DNA from: Auanema rhodensis
Taxonomy: Eukaryota > Animalia > Nematoda
Direction: 5' to 3'
Length of the DNA: 64,000 nucleotides
Assembly (NCBI GenBank): GCA_964057225.1
Contig: OZ059900.1
Coordinates: 17,236,001 to 17,300,000 of the forward strand
The first letter of the stretch is position 1. Each line of letters opens with the position of its first letter. A program made the position numbers and the translations under genes. Below the pieces are notes generated by a model, which saw only the letters and a program-made list of their open reading frames with translations, did not search any database and was not told the DNA's origin. This document shows, piece after piece, positions 37,262-50,600 of the stretch.

Positions 37262-40200
37262 AATTAAGGAAATTAGCATATTCTGAGGGCACGCCCTTTA
37301 TGGCTAATATTGATTAAATCGATTTTTGTTCATATGAGTCGTCAAATGCAACGAATTTCAGCGTGTTACATACTAAAATGAAGCATTTTACATGCTGAAC
37401 ACTAGAAAAATACAAAAACACAGTATTTCCCATGAGAAATATTTTATTATGCTGGAAAACCAGTTTTTGGAAATTTCGCTGTAAACAAGGTTTTGACTTA
37501 CGATTTCATGTGTTCAAACTCATGCAATGTCAATGAAACCTAGCTCAAAATTGTTAATACAACGTCTAGTTCCACTTTCACGACAAAAAAACAGGGGTTA
37601 GAAAATTAAGGAAATTAGCATATTCTGAGGGCACGCCCCTTATGGCTAATATTGATTAAATCGATTTTTGTTCATATGAGTCGTCAAATGCAACGAATTT
37701 CAGCGTGTTACATACTAAAATGAAGCATTTTACATGCTGAACACTAGAAAAATACAAAAACACAGTATTTCCCATGAGAAATATTTTATTATGCTGGAAA
37801 ACCAGTTTTTGCAAATTTCGCTGTAAACAAGGTTTTGACTTACGATTTCATGTGTTCAAACTCATGCAATGTCAATGAAACCTAGCTCAAAATTGTTCCT
37901 ACAACGTCTAGTTCCACTTTCACGACAACAAAACAGGGGTTAGAAAATTAAGGAAATTAGCATATTCTGAGGGCACGCCCCTTATGGCTAATATTGATTA
38001 AATCGATTTTTGTTCATATGAGTCGTCAAATGCAACGAATTTCAGCGTGTTACATACTAAAATGAAGCATTTCACATGCTGAACACTAGAAAAATACAAA
38101 AACACAGTATTTCCCATGAGAAATATTTTATTATACTGGAAAACCAGTTTTTGGAAAGTTCGCTGTAAACAAGGTTTTGACTTACGATTTCATGTGTTCA
38201 AACTCATGCAATGTCAATGAAACCTAGCTCAAAATTGTTCGTACAACGTCTAGTTCCACTTTCACGACAAAAAAACAGGGGTTAGAAAATTAAGGAAATT
38301 AGCATATTCTGAGGGCACGCCCCTTATGGCTAATATTGATTAAATCGATTTTTGTTCATATGAGTCGTCAAATGCAATTAATTTCAGCGTGTTACATACT
38401 AAAATGAAGCATTTTACATGCTGAACACTAAAAAAATACAAAAACACAGTATTTCCCATGAGAAATATTTTATTATGCTGGAAAACGAGTTTTTGGAAAT
38501 TTCGCTGTAAACAAGGTTTTGACTTACGATTTCATGTGTTCAAACTCATGCAATGTCAATGAAACCTAGCTCAAAATTGTTCCTACAACGTCTAGTTCCA
38601 CTTTCACGACAAAAAACAGGGGTTAGAAAATTAAGGAAATTAGCATATTCTGAGGGCACGCCCCTTATGGCTAATATTGATTAAATCGATTTTTGTTCAT
38701 ATGAGTCGTCAAATGCAACGAATTTCAGCGTGTTACATACTAAAATGAAGCATTTTACATGCTGAACACTAGAAAAATACAAAAACACAGTATTTCCCAT
38801 GAGAAATATTTTATTATGCTGGAAAACCAGTTTTTGGAAATTTCGCTGTAAACAAGGTTTTGACTTACGATTTCATGTGTTCAAACTCATGCAATGTCAA
38901 TGAAACCTAGCTCAAAATTGTTCCTACAACGTCTAGTTCCACTTTCACGACAACAAAACAGGGGTTAGAAAATTAAGGAAATTAGCATATTCTGAGGGCA
39001 CGCCCCTTATGGCTAATATTGATTAAATCGATTTTTGTTCATATGAGTCGTCAAATGCAACGAATTTCAGCGTGTTACATACTAAAATGAAGCATTTCAC
39101 ATGCTGAACACTAGAAAAATACAAAAACACAGTATTTCCCATGAGAAATATTTTATTATGCTGGAAAACCAGTTTTTGGAAATTTCGCTGTAAACAAGGT
39201 TTTGACTTACGATTTCATGTGTTCAAACTCATGCAATGTCAATGAAACCTAGCTCAAAATTGTTCCTACAACGTCTAGTTCCACTTTCACGACAAAAAAA
39301 CAGGGGTTAGAAAATTAAGGAAATTAGCATATTCTGAGGGCACGCCTCTTATGGCTAATATTGATTAAATCGATTTTTGTTCATATGAGTCGTCAAATGC
39401 AACAAATTTCAGCGTGTTACATACTAAAATGAAGCATTTTACATGCTGAACACTATAAAAATACAAAAACACAGTATTTCCCATGAGAAATATTTTATTA
39501 TGCTGGAAAACCAGTTTTTGGAAATTTCGCTGTAAACAAGGTTTTGACTTACGATTTCATGTGTTCAAACTCATGCAATGTCAATGAAACCTAGCTCAAA
39601 ATTGTTCCTACAACGTCTAGTTCCACTTTCACGACAACAAAACAGGGGTTAGAAAATTAAGGAAATTAGCATATTCTGAGGGCACGCCCCTTATGGCTAA
39701 TATTGATTAAATCGATTTTTGTTCATATGAGTCGTCAAATGCAACGAATTTCAGCGTGTTACATACTAAAATGAAGCATTTCACATGCTGAACACTAGAA
39801 AAATACAAAAACACAGTATTTCCCATGAGAAATATTTTATTATGCTGGAAAACCAGTTTTTGGAAATTTCGCTGTAAACAAGGTTTTGACTTACGATTTC
39901 ATGTGTTCAAACTCCTGCAATGTCAATGAAACCTAGCTCAAAATTGTTCGTACAACGTCTAGTTCCACTTTCACGACAAAACAACAGGGGTTAGAAAATT
40001 AAGGAAATTAGCATATTCTGAGGGCACGCCCCTTATGGCTAATATTGATTAAATCGATTTTTGTTCATATGAGTCGTCAAATGCAATTAATTTCAGCGTG
40101 TTACATACTAAAATGAAGCATTTTACATGCTGAACACTAAAAAAATACAAAAACACAGTATTTCCCATGAGAAATATTTTATTATGCTGGAAAACGAGTT

Positions 40201-41143
40201 TTTGGAAATTTCGCTGTAAACAAGGTTTTGACTTACGATTTCATGTGTTCAAACTCATGCAATGTCAATGAAACCTAGCTCAAAATTGTTCCTACAACGT
40301 CTAGTTCCACTTTCACGACAAAAAAAGAGGGGTTAGAAAATTAAGGAAATTAGCATATTCTGAGGGCACGCCCTTTATGGCTAATATTGATTAAATCGAT
40401 TTTTGTTCATATGAGTCGTCAAATGCAACGAATTTCAGCGTGTTACATACTAAAATGAAACATTTTACATGCTGAACACTATAAAAATACAAAAACACAG
40501 TATTTCCCATGAGAAATATTTTATTATGCTGGAAAACCAGTTTTTGGAAATTTCGCTGTAAACAAGGTTTTGACTTACGATTTCATGTGTTCAAACTCAT
40601 GCAATGTCAATGAAACCTAGCTCAAAATTGTTCGTACAACGTCTAGTTCCACTTTCACGACAAAAAAACAGGGGTTAGAAAATTAAGGAAATTAGCATAT
40701 TCTGAGGGCACGCCCCTTATGGCTAATATTGATTAAATCGATTTTTGTTCATATGAGTCGTCAAATGCAACGAATTTCAGCGTGTTACATACTAAAATGA
40801 AGCATTTTACATGCTGAACACTATAAAAATACAAAAACACAGTATTTCCCATGAGAAATATTTTATTATGCTGGAAAACCAGTTTTTGGAAATTTCGCTG
40901 TAAACAAGGTTTTGACTTACGATTTCATGTGTTCAAACTCATGCAATGTCAATGAAACCTAGCTCAAAATTGTTCCTACAACGTCTAGTTCCACTTTCAC
41001 GACAACAAAACAGGGGTTAGAAAATTAAGGAAATTAGCATATTCTGAGGGCACGCCCCTTATGGCTAATATTGATTAAATCGATTTTTGTTCATATGAGT
41101 CGTCAAATGCAACGAATTTCAGCGTGTTACATACTAAAATGAA

Positions 41144-41223
41144 GCATTTCACATGCTGAACACTAGAAAAATACAAAAACACAGTATTTCCCATGAGAAA
41201 TATTTTATTATGCTGGAAATTTC
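41144..41223. other. Inversion (strand-switch) junction and 77-bp spacer of a long inverted repeat
   Basis: The forward monomer stops at ...ttatgctggaaa (41219, monomer position 197) and the reverse array starts at (t)ttcattttag. The mirror partner ctaaaatgaa is at 41134-41143, so 41144-41220 is an unpaired spacer. No foreign insert lies at the junction. Confidence 0.97.
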
Positions 41224-43379
41224 ATTTTAGTATGTAACACGCTGAAATTCGTTGCATTTGACGACTCATATGAACAAAAATCGATTTAATCAATATTAGC
41301 CATAAGGGGCGTGCCCTCAGAATATGCTAATTTCCTTAATTTTCTAACCCCTGTTTTTTGTCGTGAAAGTGGAACTAGACGTTGTAGGAACAATTTTGAG
41401 CTAGGTTTCATTGACATTGCATGAGTTTGAACACATGAAATCGTAAGTCAAAACCTTGTTTACAGCGAAATTTCCAAAAACTGGTTTTCCAGCATAATAA
41501 AATATTTCTCATGGGAAATACTGTGTTTTTGTATTTTTATAGTGTTCAGCATGTAAAATGCTTCATTTTAGTATGTAACACGCTGAAATTCGTTGCATTT
41601 GACGACTCATATGAACAAAAATCGATTTAATCAATATTAGCCATAAGGGGCGTGCCCTCAGAATATGCTAATTTCCTTAATTTTCTAACCCCTGTTTTTT
41701 TGTCGTGAAAGTGGAACTAGACGTTGTACGAACAATTTTGAGCTAGGTTTTATTGACATTGCATGAGTTTGAACACATGAAATCGTAAGTCAAAACCTTG
41801 TTTACAGCGAAATTTCCAAAAACTGGTTTTCCAGCATAATAAAATATTTCTCATGGGAAATACTGTGTTTTTGTATTTTTCTAGTGTTCAGCATGTGAAA
41901 TGCTTCATTTTAGTATGTAACACGCTGAAATTCGTTGCATTTGACGACTCATATGAACAAAAATCGATTTAATCAATATTAGCCATAAGGGGCGTGCCCT
42001 CAGAATATGCTAATTTCCTTAATTTTCTAACCCCTGTTTTGTTGTCGTGAAAGTGGAACTAGACGTTGTAGGAGCAATTTTGAGCTTGGTTTCATTGACA
42101 TTGCATGAGTTTGAACACATGAAATCGTAAGTCAAAACCTTGTTTACAGCGAAATTTCCAAAAACTGGTTTTCCAGCATAATAAAATATTTCTCATGGGA
42201 AATACTGTGTTTTTGTATTTTTATAGTGTTCAGCATGTAAAATGCTTCATTTTAGTATGTAACACGCTGAAATTCGTTGCATTTGACGACTCATATGAAC
42301 AAAAATCGATTTAATCAATATTAGCCATAAGGGGCGTGCCCTCAGAATATGCTAATTATCTAATTTTCTAACCCCTGTTTTTTTGTCGTGAAAGTGGAAC
42401 TAGACGTTTACGAACAATTTTGAGCTAGGTTTTATTGACATTGCATGAGTTTGAACACATGAAATCGTAAGTCAAAACCTTGTTTACAGCGAAATTTCCA
42501 AAAACTGGTTTTCCAGCATAATAAAATATTTCTCATGAGAAATACTGTGTTTTTGTATTTTTCTAGTGTTCAGCATGTAAAATGCTTCATTTTAGTATGT
42601 AACACGCTGAAATTCGTTGCATTTGACGACTCATATGAACAAAAATCGATTTAATCAATATTAGCCATAAGGGGCGTGCCCTCAGAATATGCTAATTTCC
42701 TTAATTTTCTAACCCCTGTTTTTTTGTCGTGAAAGTGGAACTAGACGTTGTACGAACAATTTTGAGCTAGGTTTCATTGACATTGCATGAGTTTGAACAC
42801 ATGAAATCGTAAGTCAAAACCTTGTTTACAGCGAAATTTCCAAAAACTGGTTTTCCAGCATAATAAAATATTTCTCATGGGAAATACTGTGTTTTTGTAT
42901 TTTTATAGTGTTCAGCATGTAAAATGTTTCATTTTAGTATGTAACACGCTGAAATTCGTTGCATTTGACGACTCATATGAACAAAAATCGATTTAATCAA
43001 TATTAGCCATAAGAGGCGTGCCCTCAGAATATGCTAATTTCCTTAATTTTCTAACCCCTGTTTTTTTGTCGTGAAAGTGGAACTAGACGTTGTAGGAACA
43101 ATTTTGAGCTAGGTTTCATTGACATTGCATGAGTTTGAACACATGAAATCGTAAGTCAAAACCTTGTTTACAGCGAAATTTCCAAAAACTGGTTTTCCAG
43201 CATAATAAAATATTTCTCATGGGAAATACTGTGTTTTTGTATTTTTCTAGTGTTCAGCATGTAAAATACTTCATTTTAGTATGTAACACGCTGAAATTCG
43301 TTGCATTTGACGACTCATATGAACAAAAATCGATTTAATCAATATTAGCCATAAGGGGCGTGCCCTCAGAATATGCTAA

Positions 43380-46300
43380 TTATCTAATTTTCTAACCACT
43401 GTTTTTTTGTCGTGAAAGTGGAACTAGACGTTGTAGGAACAATTTTGAGCTAGGTTTCATTGACATTGCATGAGTTTGAACACATGAAATCGTAAGTCAA
43501 AACCTTGTTTACAGCGAAATTTCCAAAAACTGGTTTTCCAGCATAATAAAATATTTCTCATGGGAAATACTGTGTTTTTGTATTTTTATAGTGTTCAGCA
43601 TGTAAAATGCTTCATTTTAGTATGTAACACGCTGAAATTCGTTGCATTTGACGACTCATATGAACAAAAATCGATTTAATCAATATTAGCCATAAGAGGC
43701 GTGCCCTCAGAATATGCTAATTTCCTTAATTTTCTAACCCCTGTTTTTTTGTCGTGAAAGTGGAACTAGACGTTGTAATAACAATTTTGAGCTAGGTTTC
43801 ATTGACATTGCATGAGTTTGAACACATGAAATCGTAAGTCAAAACCTTGTTTACAGCGAAATTTCCAAAAACTGGTTTTCCAGCATAATAAAATATTTCT
43901 CATGGGAAATACTGTGTTTTTGTATTTTTCTAGTGTTCAGCATGTGAAATGCTTCATTTAAGTATGTAACACGCTGAAATTCGTTGCATTTGACGACTCA
44001 TATGAACAAAAATCGATTTAATCAATATTAGCCATAAGGGGCGTGCCCTCAGAATATGCTAATTTCCTTAATTTTCTAACCCCTGTTTTTTTGTCGTGAA
44101 AGTGGAACTAGACGTTGTACGAACAATTTTGAGCTAGGTTTCATTGACATTGCATGAGTTTGAACACATGAAATTGTAAGTCAAAACCTTGTTTACAGCG
44201 AAATTTCCAAAAAACTGGTTTTCCAGCATAATAAAATATTTCTCATGGGAAATACTGTGTTTTTGTATTTTTCTAGTGTTCAGCATGTGAAATGCTTCAT
44301 TTTAGTATGTAACACGCTGAAATTCGTTTCATTTGACGACTCATATGAACAAAAATCGATTTAATCAATATTAGCCATAAGGGGCGTGCCCTCAGAATAT
44401 GCTAATTTCCTTAATTTTCTAACCCCTGTTTTGTTGTCGTGAAAGTGGAACTAGACGTTGTAGGAGCAATTTTGAGCTAGGTTTCATTGACATTGCATGA
44501 GTTTGAACACATGAAATCGTAAGTCAAAACCTTCTTTACAGCGAAATTTCCAAAAACTGGTTTTCCAGCATAATAAAATATTTCTCATGGGAAATACTGT
44601 GTTTTTGTATTTTTATAGTGTTCAGCATGTAAAATGTTTCATTTTAGTATGTAACACGCTGAAATTCGTTGCATTTGACGACTCATATGAACAAAAATCG
44701 ATTTAATCAATATTAGCCATAAGAGGCGTGCCCTCAGAATATGCTAATTTCCTTAATTTTCTAACCCCTGTTTTTTTGTCGTGAAAGTGAAACTAGACGT
44801 TGTAATAACAATTTTGAGCTAGGTTTCATTGACATTGCATGAGTTTGAACACATGAAATCGTAAGTCAAAACCTTGTTTACAGCGAAATTTCCAAAAACT
44901 GGTTTTCCAGCATAATAAAATATTTCTCAAGGGAAATACTGTGTTTTTGTATTTTTCTAGTGTTCAGCATGTGAAATGCTTCATTTTAGTATGTAACACG
45001 CTGAAATTCGTTTCATTTGACGACTCATATGAACAAAAATCGATTTAATCAATATTAGCCATAAGGGGCGTGCCCTCAGAATATGCTAATTTCCTTAATT
45101 TTCTAACCCCTGTTTTTTTGTCGTGAAAGTGGAACTAGACGTTGTAGGAACAATTTTGAGCTAGGTTTCATTGACATTGCATGAGTTTGAACACATGAAA
45201 TCGTAAGTCAAAACCTTGTTTACAGCGAAATTTCCAAAAACTGGTTTTCCAGCATAATAAAATATTTCTCATGGGAAATACTGTGTTTTTGTATTTTTAT
45301 AGTGTTCAGCATGTAAAATGTTTCATTTTAGTATGTAACACGCTGAAATTCGTTGCATTTGACGACTCATATGAACAAAAATCGATTTAATCAATATTAG
45401 CCATAAGGGGCGTGCCCTCAGAATATGCTAATTATCTAATTTTCTAACCACTGTTTTTTTGTCGTGAAAGTGGAACTAGACGTTGTAGGAACAATTTTGA
45501 GCTAGGTTTCATTGACATTGCATGAGTTTGAACACATGAAATCGTAAGTCAAAACCTTGTTTACAGCGAAATTTCCAAAAACTGGTTTTCCAGCATAATA
45601 AAATATTTCTCATGGGAAATACTGTGTTTTTGTATTTTTATAGTGTTCAGCATGTAAAATGCTTCATTTTAGTATGTAACACGCTGAAATTCGTTGCATT
45701 TGACGACTCATATGAACAAAAATCGATTTAATCAATATTAGCCATAAGAGGCGTGCCCTCAGAATATGCTAATTTCCTTAATTTTCTAACCCCTGTTTTT
45801 TTGTCGTGAAAGTGGAACTAGACGTTGTAATAACAATTTTGAGCTAGGTTTCATTGACATTGCATGAGTTTGAACACATGAAATCGTAAGTCAAAACCTT
45901 GTTTACAGCGAAATTTCCAAAAACTGGTTTTCCAGCATAATAAAATATTTCTCATGGGAAATACTGTGTTTTTGTATTTTTCTAGTGTTCAGCATGTGAA
46001 ATGCTTCATTTTAGTATGTAACACGCTGAAATTCGTTGCATTTGACGACTCATATGAACAAAAATCGATTTAATCAATATTAGCCATAAGGGGCGTGCCC
46101 TCAGAATATGCTAATTTCCTTAATTTTCTAACCCCTGTTTTGTTGTCGTGAAAGTGGAACTAGACGTTGTAGGAACAATTTTGAGCTAGGTTTCATTGAC
46201 ATTGCATGAGTTTGAACACATGAAATTGTAAGTCAAAACCTTGTTTACAGCGAAATTTCCAAAAAACTGGTTTTCCAGCATAATAAAATATTTCTCATGG

Positions 46301-47450
46301 GAAATACTGTGTTTTTGTATTTTTCTAGTGTTCAGCATGTGAAATGCTTCATTTTAGTATGTAACACGCTGAAATTCGTTTCATTTGACGACTCATATGA
46401 ACAAAAATCGATTTAATCAATATTAGCCATAAGGGGCGTGCCCTCAGAATATGCTAATTTCCTTAATTTTCTAACCCCTGTTTTTTTGTCGTGAAAGTGG
46501 AACTAGACGTTGTAGGAACAATTTTGAGCTAGGTTTCATTGACATTGCATGAGTTTGAACACATGAAATCGTAAGTCAAAACCTTGTTTACAGCGAAATT
46601 TCCAAAAACTGGTTTTCCAGCATAATAAAATATTTCTCATGGGAAATACTGTGTTTTTGTATTTTTATAGTGTTCAGCATGTAAAATGTTTCATTTTAGT
46701 ATGTAACACGCTGAAATTCGTTGCATTTGACGACTCATATGAACAAAAATCGATTTAATCAATATTAGCCATAAGAGGCGTGCCCTCAGAATATGCTAAT
46801 TTCCTTAATTTTCTAACCCCTGTTTTTTTGTCGTGAAAGTGAAACTAGACGTTGTAATAACAATTTTGAGCTAGGTTTCATTGACATTGCATGAGTTTGA
46901 ACACATGAAATCGTAAGTCAAAACCTTGTTTACAGCGAAATTTCCAAAAACTGGTTTTCCAGCATAATAAAATATTTCTCAAGGGAAATACTGTGTTTTT
47001 GTATTTTTCTAGTGTTCAGCATGTGAAATGCTTCATTTTAGTATGTAACACGCTGAAATTCGTTTCATTTGACGACTCATATGAACAAAAATCGATTTAA
47101 TCAATATTAGCCATAAGGGGCGTGCCCTCAGAATATGCTAATTTCCTTAATTTTCTAACCCCTGTTTTTTTGTCGTGAAAGTGGAACTAGACGTTGTAGG
47201 AACAATTTTGAGCTAGGTTTCATTGACATTGCATGAGTTTGAACACATGAAATCGTAAGTCAAAACCTTGTTTACAGCGAAATTTCCAAAAACTGGTTTT
47301 CCAGCATAATAAAATATTTCTCATGGGAAATACTGTGTTTTTGTATTTTTATAGTGTTCAGCATGTAAAATGTTTCATTTTAGTATGTAACACGCTGAAA
47401 TTCGTTGCATTTGACGACTCATATGAACAAAAATCGATTTAATCAATATT
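43380..47450 (-). repeat. Tandem 6-monomer duplication (period 2052 bp)
   Basis: tatctaatt (43381/45433), ttgtaag + extra A in tccaaaaaac (44174/46226) and ctcaaggg (44926/46978) all recur at +2052. Confidence 0.85.
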
Positions 47451-47699
47451 AGCCATAAGAGGCGTGCCCTCAGAATATGCTAATTTCCTTAATTTTCTAA
47501 CCCCTGTTTTTTTGTCGTGAAAGTGGAACTAGACGTTGTAATAACAATTTTGAGCTAGGTTTCATTGACATTGCATGAGTTTGAGCACATGAAATCGTAA
47601 GTCAAAACCTTGTTTACAGCGAAATTTCCAAAAACTGGTTTTCCAGCATAATAAAATATTTCTCATGGGAAATACTGTGTTTTTGTATTTTTCTAGTGT

Positions 47700-50600
47700 T
47701 CAGCATGTAAAATGTTTCATTTTAGTATGTAACACGCTGAAATTCGTTGCATTTGACGACTCATATGAACAAAAATCGATTTAATCAATATTAGCCATAA
47801 AGGGCGTGCCCTCAGAATATGCTAATTTCCTTAATTTTCTAACCCCTGTTTTTTTGTCGTGAAAGTGGAACTAGACGTTGTAGGAACAATTTTGAGCTAG
47901 GTTTCATTGACATTGCATGAGTTTGAACACATGAAATCGTAAGTCAAAACCTTGTTTACAGCGAACTTTCCAAAAACTGGTTTTCCAGCATAATAAAATA
48001 TTTCTCATGGGAAATACTGTGTTTTTGTATTTTTCTAGTGTTCAGCATGTGAAATGCTTCATTTTAGTATGTAACACGCTGAAATTCGTTGCATTTGACG
48101 ACTCATATGAACAAAAATCGATTTAATCAATATTAGCCATAAGAGGCGTGCCCTCAGAATATGCTAATTTCCTTAATTTTCTAACCCCTGTTTTTTTGTC
48201 GTGAAAGTGGAACTAGACGTTGTACGAACAATTTTGAGCTAGGTTTCATTGACATTGCATGAGTTTGAACACATGAAATCGTAAGTCAAAACCTTGTTTA
48301 CAGCGAAATTTCCAAAAACTGGTTTTCCAGCATAATAAAATATTTCTCATGGGAAATACTGTGTTTTTGTATTTTTATAGTGTTCAGCATGTAAAATGTT
48401 TCATTTTAGTATGTAACACGCTGAAATTCGTTGCATTTGACGACTCATATGAACAAAAATCGATTTAATCAATATTAGCCATAAGGGGCGTGCCCTCAGA
48501 ATATGCTAATTATCTAATTTTCTAACCACTGTTTTTTTGTCGTGAAAGTGGAACTAGACGTTGTAGGAACAATTTTGAGCTAGGTTTCATTGACATTGCA
48601 TGAGTTTGAACACATGAAATCGTAAGTCAAAACCTTGTTTACAGCGAAATTTCCAAAAACTGGTTTTCCAGCATAATAAAATATTTCTCATGGGAAATAC
48701 TGTGTTTTTGTATTTTTATAGTGTTCAGCATGTAAAATGCTTCATTTTAGTATGTAACACGCTGAAATTCGTTGCATTTGACGACTCATATGAACAAAAA
48801 TCGATTTAATCAATATTAGCCATAAGAGGCGTGCCCTCAGAATATGCTAATTTCCTTAATTTTCTAACCCCTGTTTTTTTGTCGTGAAAGTGGAACTAGA
48901 CGTTGTAATAACAATTTTGAGCTAGGTTTCATTGACATTGCATGAGTTTGAACACATGAAATCGTAAGTCAAAACCTTGTTTACAGCGAAATTTCCAAAA
49001 ACTGGTTTTCCAGCATAATAAAATATTTCTCATGGGAAATACTGTGTTTTTGTATTTTTCTAGTGTTCAGCATGTAAAATGCTTCATTTTAGTATGTAAC
49101 ACGCTGAAATTCGTTGCATTTGACGACTCATATGAACAAAAATCGATTTAATCAATATTAGCCATAAGGGGCGTGCCCTCAGAATATGCTAATTTCCTTA
49201 ATTTTCTAACCCCTGTTTTTTTGTCGTGAAAGTGGAACTAGACGTTGTAGGAACAATTTTGAGCTAGGTTTCATTGACATTGCATGAGTTTGAACACATG
49301 AAATCGTAAGTCAAAACCTTGTTTACAGCGAAATTTCCAAAAACTGGTTTTCCAGCATAATAAAATATTTCTCATGGGAAATACTGTGTTTTTGTATTTT
49401 TATAGTGTTCAGCATGTAAAATGTTTCATTTTAGTATGTAACACGCTGAAATTCGTTGCATTTGACGACTCATATGAACAAAAATCGATTTAATCAATAT
49501 TAGCCATAAGGGGCGTGCCCTCAGAATATGCTAATTATCTAATTTTCTAACCACTGTTTTTTTGTCGTGAAAGTGGAACTAGACGTTGTAGGAACAATTT
49601 TGAGCTAGGTTTCATTGACATTGCATGAGTTTGAACACATGAAATCGTAAGTCAAAACCTTGTTTACAGCGAAATTTCCAAAAACTGGTTTTCCAGCATA
49701 ATAAAATATTTCTCATGGGAAATACTGTGTTTTTGTATTTTTATAGTGTTCAGCATGTAAAATGCTTCATTTTAGTATGTAACACGCTGAAATTCGTTGC
49801 ATTTGACGACTCATATGAACAAAAATCGATTTAATCAATATTAGCCATAAGAGGCGTGCCCTCAGAATATGCTAATTTCCTTAATTTTCTAACCCCTGTT
49901 TTTTTGTCGTGAAAGTGGAACTAGACGTTGTAATAACAATTTTGAGCTAGGTTTCATTGACATTGCATGAGTTTGAACACATGAAATCGTAAGTCAAAAC
50001 CTTGTTTACAGCGAAATTTCCAAAAACTGGTTTTCCAGCATAATAAAATATTTCTCATGGGAAATACTGTGTTTTTGTATTTTTCTAGTGTTCAGCATGT
50101 GAAATGCTTCATTTTAGTATGTAACACGCTGAAATTCGTTGCATTTGACGACTCATATGAACAAAAATCGATTTAATCAATATTAGCCATAAGGGGCGTG
50201 CCCTCAGAATATGCTAATTTCCTTAATTTTCTAACCCCTGTTTTGTTGTCGTGAAAGTGGAACTAGACGTTGTAGGAACAATTTTGAGCTAGGTTTCATT
50301 GACATTGCATGAGTTTGAACACATGAAATTGTAAGTCAAAACCTTGTTTACAGCGAAATTTCCAAAAAACTGGTTTTCCAGCATAATAAAATATTTCTCA
50401 TGGGAAATACTGTGTTTTTGTATTTTTCTAGTGTTCAGCATGTGAAATGCTTCATTTTAGTATGTAACACGCTGAAATTCGTTTCATTTGACGACTCATA
50501 TGAACAAAAATCGATTTAATCAATATTAGCCATAAGGGGCGTGCCCTCAGAATATGCTAATTTCCTTAATTTTCTAACCCCTGTTTTTTTGTCGTGAAAG

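Larger units (their letters stand above)
1..41219 (+). repeat. Tandem satellite array, 342-bp monomer, forward orientation (120 full monomers plus a 197-bp partial)
   Basis: The motif aattaaggaa recurs at 1, 343, 685, 1027, 1368, 1710 ... 40681, 41023. Eighteen monomers are 341 bp (17 have A6 instead of A7 before cagggg; one has a T deletion near 15610), and 120x342-18+1 = 41023 matches the observed start of the last monomer. Copies differ at only a few positions. Confidence 0.99.

Noticed and set aside
41144-41220. Transposon or foreign insertion at the inversion, or the arms as element terminal inverted repeats
   Set aside because: The spacer is ordinary satellite sequence (monomer positions 122-197), with no target-site duplication or coding sequence.
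40339-42100. Fold-back chimeric-read artefact as the cause of the inversion
   Set aside because: An artefact would mirror SNPs exactly. The arms diverge after about 500 bp and the right arm has its own alleles and HORs. A contig mis-join still needs excluding with reads.
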